A stretch of DNA of 64,000 nt, taken from positions 288,001-352,000 of the forward strand of contig CAWGJT010000012.1 of assembly GCA_963822965.1 (NCBI GenBank), written 5' to 3'. The DNA is from an uncultured delta proteobacterium. Its GTDB lineage: Bacteria > Myxococcota_A > UBA9160 > UBA4427. The notes under the pieces are model-generated. The model was not told the origin of the DNA. It did no database searches and saw only the letters and a list, made by a program, of their open reading frames with translations. Positions 9,946-20,239 of this stretch are shown here, piece by piece. Both the position numbers and the translations under genes were made by a program. Positions within the stretch are counted from its first letter, which is position 1; each line of letters starts with the position of its first letter.

Positions 9946-12900
9946 ATGTCAGAAGCGCCCCCCCCCAAGCGACGGAATCGGCCACCCTCAGGTTCGCCCG
10001 GGGCGTCGTCAGACACCGCGCAGTGGTCGCGGCCCTCCTGTTCGTCTCCACGTCGTTCTTCTTCTATCCGATCCTGAACGGGGCGCTGGCGGCCTTCGAC
10101 GCGCGGCTCCCGGGCCCCGTCGTCCGCATCGACACCGAGGCCCGTGCCCAGTGGCCGGACCACCCGTTCATCCACGCCCAGGACAAGTTCGCCTCGAAGT
10201 TCGGCGGATCCGCGACGGTGGCCGTGGGCGTGGTCGTCAAGGACGGGACCATCTTCACGCCGGAGACGATCGCCAAGATCCACCGGATCACCCGCCGCCT
10301 CGACGGCATCGGCTACGACAGCCACACCGAGGAGCGGGACGAGCTTCGCGAGAAGTGGGAGGACGAGGGCGTCCTCACGCCGAAGCAGATCCAGAAGGAG
10401 CTCGACCGGCTCTACCCGCCCTACCCGGTGAACCACTACCGGATCATGTCGGTCACCCACAACAGCACCCGCGTCGTCCAGATCGAGTCCTCGGGCGACA
10501 TCGAGACCAGCGTGCTGGTGAAGAAGCTGCCGAAGACCCAGGAGGAGGCGGACAAGATCGGCGACCTCGTCCGCCAGAACCCGCCCTTCATCTACGGCCG
10601 CCTCGTCTCTCTGGACCAGAAGGGGGCCCTGATCACCGCGGGCTTCATCACCGACCGCCTGAGCACGCGCGAGACCTACATGGCGGTGTTCGACTTCGTC
10701 CAGCAGATCAAGCACGACGAGCAGGACGACAACACGACGATCTACGTCTCGGGCGTGCCGATCCTCGTCGGCTGGATCTACGTGCACGCGTTCGAGATCG
10801 CCCTCTTCGTCGTGCTCACGATCATCATGATCTTCGTGCTGCTGTGGCTCTACTTCCGGCGCTGGCACGGCGTGTTGATTCCCTTCGTCGCGGCGATCGC
10901 GACCGTGATCTGGGGCCTCGGCTTCACGGGCTGGGTCGGGATCGCCTTCGACCCCCTCATCCTGGTGATCCCCACGATCATCACGGCTCGCGCCATCTCG
11001 CACACCGTCCAGATGGCCGAGCGCTTCTTCGAGGACTACGAGGTCCTGCTGCCCGCCATGGGCGACCCGAACGCGGCGAAGATCGAGGCGGCCACGGTCG
11101 CCATGAGCGAGCTGATCGTGCCCGGCACCCTCGGCATCATCACGGACGTCGCGGGCCTGCTCGTGATCCTGGTGACCTCGATCCCGCAGATGCGGGACCT
11201 GGGCATCTTCGGCGCCTTCTGGGTCTCCTCGATCCTCGTCACCGTGGAGATCCTGCACCCGGTACTGATCTGCTACCTGCCCGCGCCCGCGGAGCACGAG
11301 CACTTCCTGCCGGGCTTCATGATCCGCTTCACGAGCTTCATCGGATGGCTCACCACCCACAAGACCTACAAGTGGGTGATCGCCGTGACGACCGTCTTCC
11401 TGCTCACGAGCTCCACCTACGTCACGCTCTTCCACTCCCAGATCGGCGAAGCGCGGCCGGGAACGCCGCTGCTCTTCCCCGACCACGAGTTCAACGTCGC
11501 CACGGCCCACATCGCCCAGCGCTTCGGCGGGATCGACACCTTCGTGATCTACCTGGAGGGCGACAAGGAGAAGGCGGCCGGCGACCCCACGCCGGTCCGG
11601 CGCATGGAGAAGTTCGAGCGCTGGATGGGCCTGCACACCGATCTGGGCGCCACCATCTCGTTGGTGCCGATCCTCCGGGCTTCGTGGCGCATCAACCACT
11701 ACGGCGACCCGAAGTGGGGCTTCATCTCGGAAGAGCAAGCCACCGTGCGCCAGCAGATCTACCAGCTCCGCACGAACGGCGCCCCGGGCGCGCTGCGTCC
11801 CTTCATCACCGAGGACGGCAAGGACGCCAACGTCGCCTTCCTCTATCGAGACCACAAGGGCGAGACCATCCGCAAGGCGGTCATGGCCGCCAGCGAGTTC
11901 ATCCGTCGCAATCCGATCGGGCAGGTCATCGTCCGCTACGAGAAGGACCGGGGTCTGCCGGGTCAGAGCCCGTTTTCGTACGACAAGCTGATGGACACCT
12001 GGTACTACATGCTCGGGCCGCTGCTCCCCGCCCGTCACCACATGCTGACGGTGCAGATCCGACAGGAGGACGGCACCTACGTCCACGACCAGGTGAACGA
12101 GTTCACGTCGGTGGACGCGCTGCCCGAATGGATGGACGACTTCCGGGAGCGCGCGATCTCCGACTACGAGGAGCAGCGGGACTCGGTCGAGGAAGGCGAC
12201 TTCTTCAGCTGGCCGGACGACCTGGCAGACTGGACCCTCGACGACGTCGACTACTGGTGGGAGAGCGACGAGTACGGCATCCGCGCCGTCGGGGTCGACA
12301 CCACGAACCTGATCGTCGAGGACCTGAAGCAGGTGGATGGGGTGCCCGCCTACCAGGCCACCCAGTCCTGGACCCGGGGCGTCCAGTTCGTGATGGCCGG
12401 CGGCCTGATGGGCATCCTGGCGGCCGTCGACGACGAGGTGGAGCGGAGTCACGTCGCCAACATCGTCCTGATCTTCCTGGTGATCTTCGTGCTCCACTCG
12501 GTCACCTATCAGTCGATGCCGAGCGGCGCGATCATCCTGTTGCAGATCGCCACGGCGACGATGCTCTCGCTCGCCTACATGGCGCTGATCGGGATGGGGC
12601 TCAACATCAACACCCTCCCCGTCCAATCCGTGGGCGTCGGAATCGGGGTCGACTACGCGATATACATCGTCGATCGGATAAGACACGAGGTGGTCGACAC
12701 CGAAGACATCGACGAGGCCATCCGGCGCGCCATCCGGACCACGGGCATGGCGGTGACCTTCACGGCGACCACCATCGTGGGCGGCATCGTGCTGTGGACC
12801 TTCTCGAACCTGCGCTTCCAGGCCGACATGGCGCAGCTGCTCTCGATCCTGATGGTGATCAACATGCTCGGCGCCATCACGGTCGTGCCCGCGTTCTACT

Positions 12901-13004
12901 CGATCGTCCGCCCGAAGGTGGCCACGGCGCTGCTCACGGAGGACCAGCGCGCCGCGATCCAGCGACAGAAGGCGGTGGAGCGCGCGAAGGGCCTGATCGA
13001 CTGA
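9946..13004 (+). CDS. MMPL/RND family transporter with large periplasmic insertions; the likely ATG is out of frame across a C9 run
   Basis: Two sets of TM helices, ARAISHTVQ and GIGVDYAIY motifs; AGAGGA RBS plus ATG at 9946 is one base out of frame. Confidence 0.88.
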
Positions 13005-13040
13005 CGGCGTCCCGGACCGGTCGGCTCCCTCGCCCCGGGC

Positions 13041-13799
13041 TCACTCGCCGAGGGAGCCGACGTAGCCCGGACCGCCCAGCATCTCCATCTGCGAGACGAT
13101 CCAATCGGCGCGCGACCGCACGTAGTCCGAGGGATCGTCGGCGCGGAGCCGCACCGGGTTGGGAAGCACCGCAGCCAGGATCGCGGCTTCGCGCCGGCTC
13201 AGGGAGCGCGCCGGCTTGCCGAAGAAGGTCCGGCTCGCGGCCTCGATGCCGAACACGTTCTCGCCGAACTGCGCCACGTTGAGATACACCTCGAGCACGC
13301 GCTGCTTCGGCCAGCAGGCTTCGATCCACACCGTGAACCAGGCCTCGAGCGCCTTGCGCACGAGGCTCTTGCCCGGCCACAGGAACAGGTTCTTGGCGAC
13401 CTGCTGGGAGATGGTGCTGGCCCCCCGCCGCCGGCCCGAGGTGATGCGCTCCTCGACCGCTTCGGCGATGGAGCCGAGATCGAAGCCCGCGTGCTCCGGG
13501 AAGCGCTGGTCCTCCGCGGCCACCACCGCGAGGCGCGCCCAGGGCGAGATGCCCTTCCAGTCGACCCATTCGTGGCGCAGGGGACGGCCCGGTCGGCCGC
13601 CGCGCGACCCGTACACGTGCTCGAGCATGAACGCGGTCGTCGGCGGATCGATCCACCGCAGGCTGGCCGTCACCGCGACGCTGGCGGCGACCGCGCCGAG
13701 CACGATTGCGGCGACGCACCGCCGGAGGCGACGGAGCCGACCCGGCTTCGGGCGGCGCCCCCAACGCCAGGCCCGCGGACGCATCGAGAAGCGGAACAT
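13041..13799 (-). CDS. mtgA: Monofunctional biosynthetic peptidoglycan transglycosylase
   Basis: AAEDQRF..H.GFD, RGASTISQQVAKNLFLW, RKALE, EVYLN..QFG, LPNP motifs. Confidence 0.95.
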   Translation of the reverse strand: MFRFSMRPRAWRWGRRPKPGRLRRLRRCVAAIVLGAVAASVAVTASLRWIDPPTTAFMLEHVYGSRGGRPGRPLRHEWVDWKGISPWARLAVVAAEDQRFPEHAGFDLGSIAEAVEERITSGRRRGASTISQQVAKNLFLWPGKSLVRKALEAWFTVWIEACWPKQRVLEVYLNVAQFGENVFGIEAASRTFFGKPARSLSRREAAILAAVLPNPVRLRADDPSDYVRSRADWIVSQMEMLGGPGYVGSLGE

Positions 13800-13912
13800 G
13801 CCTTCTCCCGTCGGTCCCGCGGCCTCGGAGCTCGAGCTCCTTCCCCGGCGTCGAGACCGCAACCGTGTTTAGCATCGCTCCGGAATCGACCCCTTCCCGC
13901 TACTCTGTGCCG

Positions 13913-14854
13913 ATGCCCGCCGCCGCTCCCCTCGCGCCACGCATCGCCCCGCGCGCCTTCCAGTGGAGCGTCTTCCCGCTCGTCCTCTCGGGCGCGGTCG
14001 CGTGGACGATGCACCTCATGGCGACCGGGTTGCCGGCTCCCACCTCGATCCTGGGGCCCCAGCTCGCAGCCTTCGCCGCGGTGGCGATCCTCGAGCGCGT
14101 CCACCCCTACCACCGGAGCTGGAACCGCGCGCGTCGCGACGTGCGGGTGGATGCGACCCACAGCGTCTCGATCGCCGTGCTGATCGGGGTGCTGACGCCC
14201 TTCGTGGCGGCGGGCGGCGTGGCCGCGGCGGGCTGGCTCTCTCGGGAGCTCTCGGTCGGCCTGTGGCCGAGCGACTGGCCGCTGCTCGCGCAGACGGGAC
14301 TCGCGCTGGTGGTCGGCGAGCTGCCCGGCTACTGGGTGCACCGCGGGCAGCACCGTTGGGACGGTCTCTGGCGCTTCCACGCCACGCACCACAGCGCTCC
14401 CCGCCTCTACTGGTTGAACGCCGGTCGCTTCCACCCCATCGACAGCCTGATGACCTTCGTGCCCTCCTACGGCCTGCTCGTCGTGCTGGGATGCGGCGTC
14501 GAGGCCCTGGCGCTCTTCACGCTGGTCACCGCGGTGCACGGCATCTTCCAGCACGCCAACCTGCAGCTTCGCCTGGGCCCGCTGAACCATTTCTTCAGCA
14601 TGGCCGAGCTGCACCGCTGGCATCATTCGAAGACGGTCTCCGAGGCCAACCACAACTTCGGGCAGACGGTGATCCTGTGGGACACCCTGTTCGGAACGCG
14701 CTTCCTGCCCCGCGACCGCGAGCCGCCCGAGGAGATCGGGATTCCGGGCCTGCCGGCCTTCCCGATGACGTGGTGGGCTCAGATCCAATCCCCCTTCCGC
14801 TGGTCGCAGATCCGGCGCGCGAGCCACGAGCTCGCGGAAGAGGTCGCCCGATGA
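13913..14854 (+). CDS. Sterol desaturase / fatty acid hydroxylase family protein
   Basis: His boxes YWVHRGQH, FHATHHS, FQHAN, HRWHH; several TM segments. Confidence 0.9.
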   Translation: MPAAAPLAPRIAPRAFQWSVFPLVLSGAVAWTMHLMATGLPAPTSILGPQLAAFAAVAILERVHPYHRSWNRARRDVRVDATHSVSIAVLIGVLTPFVAAGGVAAAGWLSRELSVGLWPSDWPLLAQTGLALVVGELPGYWVHRGQHRWDGLWRFHATHHSAPRLYWLNAGRFHPIDSLMTFVPSYGLLVVLGCGVEALALFTLVTAVHGIFQHANLQLRLGPLNHFFSMAELHRWHHSKTVSEANHNFGQTVILWDTLFGTRFLPRDREPPEEIGIPGLPAFPMTWWAQIQSPFRWSQIRRASHELAEEVAR

Positions 14855-17370
14855 CGAAGGACCCGAAGGCCCCCGGCCACGGGAAGAGACCCGCACGGCG
14901 AAAGAGCCCGCGGCGAGGGAAACGCTCGGGAGCGTCGGAGACGATCCGGCAGCCCCAGGCGACGGGGTCCCGGCAAGGCGGCCGCGCCGCCTCGGGACGG
15001 CTCGACCCCGGCGCGGTGCTCGCCGCGCTCGAAGACGCCCAGCGGCCGCTCCGCCTCGACGCGCTCTGCCGCGCGCTCGGGCTGCGCGGCGGCGAGCGGG
15101 AGCGCGAGCGGCTCGAGCGGGTCCTCGACCGGCTGGTACGCGACGGCAAGGTGATTGCCAACCGACGGGGCGCCTTCCTGCTCATCGATCGCACCTCCCT
15201 GGCCAGCGGGACGGTGCAGGGGCACTCGGACGGCTACGGCTTCGTGCTGCTGGACGAAGGCGGCGACGACGTCTTCCTCGCGCCCCGGGAGATGCGGAAG
15301 GTCTTCCACGGCGATCGGATCGCCGTGCGCATCACGCGCCGTGATCGCCGCGGCCGCCGGGAAGGCGAGGTGGCGCGGGTCCTCGAGCGCGGCGTCAGCG
15401 AGCTCGTCGGCCGCTTCCACCTGGAGCACGGCGTCTCGTTCCTGGTGCCGTCGGACCCCAAGCAGACCCAGAACCTGCTGATCCCGCCCGACGGACGACG
15501 GGGCGCCACGGACGGGCAGATCGTCGTGGCGACGATCACCGACCCGCCGACGTCGTCCAGCCAGGCCCTGGGTCGGGTGACGGAGATCCTCGGCGAGGCC
15601 ACCGATCCCGAGATGGAGATCGAGATCGCCGTCCGCGCCTTCGGCATTCCGCACAGCTGGCCCGCGGAGGTGACGCGCGAGGCCGCCGCCCTGGGGGAGA
15701 CGGTGCGCGCCGCCGACAAGCGCCAGCGCGAGGACCTGCGCGCGCTTCCCTTCGTCACGATCGACGGCGCCGACGCCCGGGACTTCGACGACGCGGTGTA
15801 CGCGGAGCGGACGCGCCGGGGCTGGCGGCTCCGGGTCGCCATCGCCGACGTGAGCCACTACGTGGCGCCGGGCTCGCCGCTGGACACGGAGGCGCTGCAT
15901 CGGGGCACGTCGGTCTACTTTCCCCGCCGCGTCGTCCCGATGCTGCCCGAAGCCCTCTCGAACGGGCTCTGCTCCCTCAATCCCGAGGTCGATCGCCTCG
16001 TCTTGGTGTGTGACATGCGTCTGGACGAGAACGGCCGGGTGAGCCGCAGCACGTTCGCGCAGGCGATCATCCGGTCGCACGCGCGTCTCACCTACGAAGG
16101 CGTGCAGGGCGTTCTGGACGGCGACCCGGAGCTCCGCACGCGCTACGAGCCCCTCGCTCCGCACCTCGAAGAGCTGCTCGCGCTCTACCGACAGCTGGCC
16201 CGGGCCCGGCGACGGCGCGGCGCCGTCGAGCTCGACCAGGCCGAGCCGCGCTTCCGCTTCGACGACGCCGGGGCGGTGATCGCCGTCGAGCCCTACCAGC
16301 GCCTGGAGACCCACCGGATCATCGAGGAGTGCATGATCGCCGCCAACGTCGAGGCGGCCCGCTACCTGCAGCGCCATCGGGTGCCCGCGCTCTACCGCGT
16401 CCACGAGGGCCCCGATCCCGACAAGATCGGCGACCTGCGCCGCACCGTGGCACTGCTGGGCTACGAGCTGGGCGGCGGCGACGCGCCCCAGCCGCGCCAT
16501 TTCGCCAAGCTGCTGCGGGACGTACAGGACAAGCCCGAAGCGCCGGTGCTCACCATCCTCGTCCTCCGCAGCCTCGCCCGTGCCGTGTACAAGCCCGAGT
16601 GCGCCGGCCACTTCGGGCTCGCGCTCGACGCGTACGCCCACTTCACCTCGCCCATCCGCCGCTACCCCGACCTGCTGGTGCATCGGGCCATCCATCACGT
16701 CCTCGCCGGGGGCAAGCCGCACGACTACGTGCACGACCCGCTGGCGATGAAGTCCATGGGCCAACGCTGCTCGGCGTCCGAGCGGCGTGCCGACGAGGCC
16801 AGCTGGGACGTGCAGGCCTGGCTCAAGTGCCGCTACATGGAGGACAAGGTGGGCGAGCGCTTCGGAGGCCGGATCACGGGCGTCGCGGACTTCGGCTTCT
16901 TCGTCCAGATCGACGACGCCCTCGTGGAGGGCCTGATCCACGTGTCCCAGCTCGCCGCCGACTACTACGAGTTCCGGCCGGAGAGCCAGGCCCTGGTGGG
17001 TCGCAGCTCCGGTCGGCGGTTCCGGCTGGGCGACCGCGTCCGTGTGCTGTGTGCCGGCGTTCGGACGAGCGAGCGCAAGATCGACTTCGCGCTCGAAGAG
17101 CACGCGGGAGAGAGCCAGCCCGAGGTCGTGCGTCCGGCGGGCGGGCGCAAGAACGCGGGCCGCAGCGCGCGCAAGGACGAAGACCTGCGCAAGACGAAGG
17201 GCGACCGCCAGACGAAGGGCGAGCGCGATACGAGAGGCGGGCGCCAGAGCAGGGGCGAGCGGAAGACCGGAAGCCGGGGTGGGCGCCAGGAGCGAAGCCA
17301 GCCCGCGCCCCGGGACGCGGGTCCGGAGGGGCGCACACCGCGCCGGCGCCGGAAGCCCCGCGAAGGCTGA
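14851..17370 (+). CDS. rnr: Ribonuclease R
   Basis: GYGFV cold-shock domain, TIDGADARDFDDA, HFTSPIRRYPDL, S1 domain, basic tail. Confidence 0.96.
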   Translation: MTKDPKAPGHGKRPARRKSPRRGKRSGASETIRQPQATGSRQGGRAASGRLDPGAVLAALEDAQRPLRLDALCRALGLRGGERERERLERVLDRLVRDGKVIANRRGAFLLIDRTSLASGTVQGHSDGYGFVLLDEGGDDVFLAPREMRKVFHGDRIAVRITRRDRRGRREGEVARVLERGVSELVGRFHLEHGVSFLVPSDPKQTQNLLIPPDGRRGATDGQIVVATITDPPTSSSQALGRVTEILGEATDPEMEIEIAVRAFGIPHSWPAEVTREAAALGETVRAADKRQREDLRALPFVTIDGADARDFDDAVYAERTRRGWRLRVAIADVSHYVAPGSPLDTEALHRGTSVYFPRRVVPMLPEALSNGLCSLNPEVDRLVLVCDMRLDENGRVSRSTFAQAIIRSHARLTYEGVQGVLDGDPELRTRYEPLAPHLEELLALYRQLARARRRRGAVELDQAEPRFRFDDAGAVIAVEPYQRLETHRIIEECMIAANVEAARYLQRHRVPALYRVHEGPDPDKIGDLRRTVALLGYELGGGDAPQPRHFAKLLRDVQDKPEAPVLTILVLRSLARAVYKPECAGHFGLALDAYAHFTSPIRRYPDLLVHRAIHHVLAGGKPHDYVHDPLAMKSMGQRCSASERRADEASWDVQAWLKCRYMEDKVGERFGGRITGVADFGFFVQIDDALVEGLIHVSQLAADYYEFRPESQALVGRSSGRRFRLGDRVRVLCAGVRTSERKIDFALEEHAGESQPEVVRPAGGRKNAGRSARKDEDLRKTKGDRQTKGERDTRGGRQSRGERKTGSRGGRQERSQPAPRDAGPEGRTPRRRRKPREG
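17188..17268. repeat. Degenerate in-frame 18-bp repeat in the RNase R tail (RKTKGD/RQTKGE/RDTRGG/RQSRGE)
   Basis: About 4.5 units visible. Confidence 0.6.
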
Positions 17371-17410
17371 GCCGCACCGGTCCCGGCTGAGCCGTCCCCG
17401 CCGACTCGGC

Positions 17411-18751
17411 TCAGCCGTCCCTGCGCGGGAGCGCGCGCGCCTGCCGGTCGGTCCGCGCGTCGACCCACGAGAGCGTGCCGTTGATGACGCGGGCCGCCAG
17501 CCAGCGGAGCGGCTCGGGCGGCCAGGCCCGCAGACGCCGCTCCAGGGCCGCGTCGTGGGCGTTGGGACTTCCCAGGATGCGACCCGCGAGCATCGCGCCC
17601 ACGAACGTGGCCTGGGCGACGCCGTGGCCGTTGAAGCCCACGCCGAAGTGAACGTTGCGGTGCGCACCTTCGACCCCGACCTGCGGCAGCAGATCGAGGG
17701 TGAAGCCGATCCACCCGCCCCAGAAGCTCGCGATCGGCACCTCCCGCAGACCGGGGAAGCGTTCGCGGAAGGCGTGTTCCAGGATCGCGAAGGCGGCCGG
17801 GTCGTGGCCCGGGGGCAACGCACTTCCATATCCGTAGCGAACCACCTTCGACCCTCCGGTGAGGGTGCCGTGGGCGGTGACGCGGTAGCTCTCGAGGACC
17901 TCGTGGGACGTGTAGATGCCCTCGCGACCGGGCCAGCCGAGCGCTGCGAGCACCGGCTCCGGCAGCGCCTCTGTCTCGAAGAGCGAGACCCGCAAGGGAA
18001 CCACGTGACGGGGGCGGCGGCCGAGCCCTTCCGTATAGGCGTTCGTGGCGAAGACCGCCTGCCGCGCCGTCACCTGTCCCCCCTCGCAACGCGCCCGGAC
18101 CGTGGCGCCGTCCTCGAGGGCGAGGACGTTCGTGTCCTCGAAGAGCCTGACACCGGCCTGCAATGCGGCGCGGCGCAGCCCCGCGACGTACCGGCCCGGG
18201 TTCAGGGTGCCGCCTCGCTCCTCGAGAACGCCACACACGAAGGAGTCGGGAATTCCGCGGTCGCGCATCTTCTTCGCATCGAGGAATCGGACCCGGGCCC
18301 CGAGGCCCTGGGCGGTCTCGGCGGCGGTCTGCAGGCGCGATTCGTGCTTGGGGTGGACCGCCGCCACCACGTTTCCCGAGGCGCGGTAGTCGCATTCGAT
18401 GCCGTAGCGGCGGATCACCTCCTCGGTGTGGTCGACCGCGGCGTCCGCGAAGCGGACGAGCGCCGACGCGCGCTCGCGACCGAAGAGGCGCAGGGTGGTG
18501 GGCAGGTCCTTGCCGATCGTCGGGGTGAGGTGCCCCGCGTTCCGGCCGCTCGCTCCGGCCCCGGCGAAGTCCCGCTCGAGAACCACGACGTCGACGCCCT
18601 GCGCTCGCAGAGCGAGCGCCGCGGAGAGCCCCGTGTAGCCGCCGCCCACGATCACCACGTCCGCGGTCTGGTCGCCGTCGAGCGCCGGGCAGCGATCGCG
18701 CGGCGCTTCGAGCCAGGGACTCGTCTCGACGAAGCGTGCCTCGGCGGTCAT
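17411..18751 (-). CDS. FAD-dependent oxidoreductase (DAO family, PuuB-like)
   Basis: GGGYTGLSAA, GASGRNAG, LNPGRY, GFNGHGVA motifs. Confidence 0.88.
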   Translation of the reverse strand: MTAEARFVETSPWLEAPRDRCPALDGDQTADVVIVGGGYTGLSAALALRAQGVDVVVLERDFAGAGASGRNAGHLTPTIGKDLPTTLRLFGRERASALVRFADAAVDHTEEVIRRYGIECDYRASGNVVAAVHPKHESRLQTAAETAQGLGARVRFLDAKKMRDRGIPDSFVCGVLEERGGTLNPGRYVAGLRRAALQAGVRLFEDTNVLALEDGATVRARCEGGQVTARQAVFATNAYTEGLGRRPRHVVPLRVSLFETEALPEPVLAALGWPGREGIYTSHEVLESYRVTAHGTLTGGSKVVRYGYGSALPPGHDPAAFAILEHAFRERFPGLREVPIASFWGGWIGFTLDLLPQVGVEGAHRNVHFGVGFNGHGVAQATFVGAMLAGRILGSPNAHDAALERRLRAWPPEPLRWLAARVINGTLSWVDARTDRQARALPRRDG

Positions 18752-18823
18752 GGGCTCCTCCCTCCGAGTCTTCCAGGATAGCCCGGGCCATGCCCAGGAA
18801 GCCGGTCGCGCCGCGCATCCCGC

Positions 18824-20239
18824 TCAGTGGATGTGTGCGTCGAGCTCGCCCAGGGCGACCCCGGCCAGCTTCCGCAGGCCGGGGTCCGGGTGCCGGGCTG
18901 CGATGTCGACCAGCGCCTTGCGCGAGGCCGGACCTCCTCGGGAGAGCGCGTCGAGGGCCGCCCGCGCGGCGTCTTCCGAGCCCGGGCAGGCGGGGTGCTG
19001 CCCCGCTTCGTCTCCGCCTGGCGCGGACCCGCTCGGCTCCGTCCCGCCCGGCTCCGTCCCGCCCGGCTCCGTCCCGCCAAAGACGACCTTCACCAGGCCC
19101 GGAACGGCCGCGTCGCCCATGGTCGCGGCAGTGGCGGCGGCGGCGCTGCGAACCCCGGCATCCGGATCGCACAGGGTGGCCAGAACCCGGAGCAGCGCGG
19201 CTCCGGCCTCCACCCGGGCGAGACCCCGGACGGCCCCTGCCCGGACCTCCGGCGAGGGATCGCTCTCGAGCAGCTTCGTCAGGGTCTCCGCCGCGCGCTG
19301 GCCGGAGAGGGTGCGGGCGACCACGAGGCGATACGCGGGCTCGTCGCTGGCCAGCAGCCCCGACACGTCGGACACCGACAGCCCGCCGGCGGCGATCGCC
19401 AGGGCCTCGAAGAGCCGGGCCGGCGGCGTGCGGGGCGCGCGGGTCGCCGCCCGCAACGCCTTTGCCATGGAGGCTGTGGCGGACGCGCGGACGACGTCCA
19501 GCAAAGCCGCCTCCAGGCCTCCTCCGGCGTCCTCCCGCTGCAGGGCCTGCACGATGAGCGCGTCGTCCTCGCCGGCGAGACGGCCGCCCGCGTCCTGCAT
19601 CTCGGCCAGCCGGCGAGCAGCATCCTCCGCCAGCGGGAGCTGCGCACGCGCGGTCAGGGCCGCCAGGTAGCCGGCCCCCGTGGCCGTCTCCCGGTCCTCC
19701 GGCGCGAGGGACAGATAGTGGTGCAACACGTCGAGGGTGCCGGGTGCCGGATCGCGCAGGAAGGCGTCCCCCTGCATGGCGATGCCCGCCGTCTGCCGGC
19801 GCACGCTCGAGTCGGGAATCCGCCGGCGCCAGATGGAAGCGGTGCCGAGGCGCTCGAGGCACACCAGCACCCGCTCCGAGTCGGCGAAGCGCGCCGGGCG
19901 ACCCGTGGCCAGCTCTTCCCACGCGATCCGGACCGCCGTTCCGGGCTCGGTGGCGCCCTCCTCCTCTCCGAGGGCACGCTCCACGTGGATCCACGCCGAA
20001 TAGCCGTGGGCGTCGAGGCGTTCGATCGCGCCGACGCGGCCGACCAGCACCGGTCCGCCCGCCGTCATGGCCTCGAGCAACCGCACGCCGCCCCGTGCCG
20101 GGGCAGGTCCCGGCGGCGACGCCTGGGCGCCGGTCGTCGGGGACGCCGGCAGCGCCGCGGCGGGGAGCGGCCCCAGCAGGACGCCCAGCGCCAACACGCG
20201 AAGCGCGCCGACGGCGGAGCCCGCGAACCCCGGGCTCAC
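18824..20239 (-). CDS. Exported HEAT-repeat protein
   Basis: Signal-peptide-like N-terminus; DPSPEVRAGAVRGL, DPDAGVRSAAA and HPDPGLRKLA..ALG repeats. Confidence 0.72.
   Translation of the reverse strand: MSPGFAGSAVGALRVLALGVLLGPLPAAALPASPTTGAQASPPGPAPARGGVRLLEAMTAGGPVLVGRVGAIERLDAHGYSAWIHVERALGEEEGATEPGTAVRIAWEELATGRPARFADSERVLVCLERLGTASIWRRRIPDSSVRRQTAGIAMQGDAFLRDPAPGTLDVLHHYLSLAPEDRETATGAGYLAALTARAQLPLAEDAARRLAEMQDAGGRLAGEDDALIVQALQREDAGGGLEAALLDVVRASATASMAKALRAATRAPRTPPARLFEALAIAAGGLSVSDVSGLLASDEPAYRLVVARTLSGQRAAETLTKLLESDPSPEVRAGAVRGLARVEAGAALLRVLATLCDPDAGVRSAAAATAATMGDAAVPGLVKVVFGGTEPGGTEPGGTEPSGSAPGGDEAGQHPACPGSEDAARAALDALSRGGPASRKALVDIAARHPDPGLRKLAGVALGELDAHIH
19034..19078. repeat. 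In-frame 15-bp tandem repeat x3 (GGTEP)
   Basis: CGGCTCCGTCCCGCC x3. Confidence 0.85.

Noticed and set aside
8729..13282. Very long alternative-frame or antisense ORFs (e.g. 8729-13282, 9930-12686, 19744-23889, 30161-33124, 34653-37565)
   Set aside because: Shadow ORFs of real genes caused by high GC and codon bias; low-complexity R/G/P/A-rich or antisense-pattern translations with no motifs.
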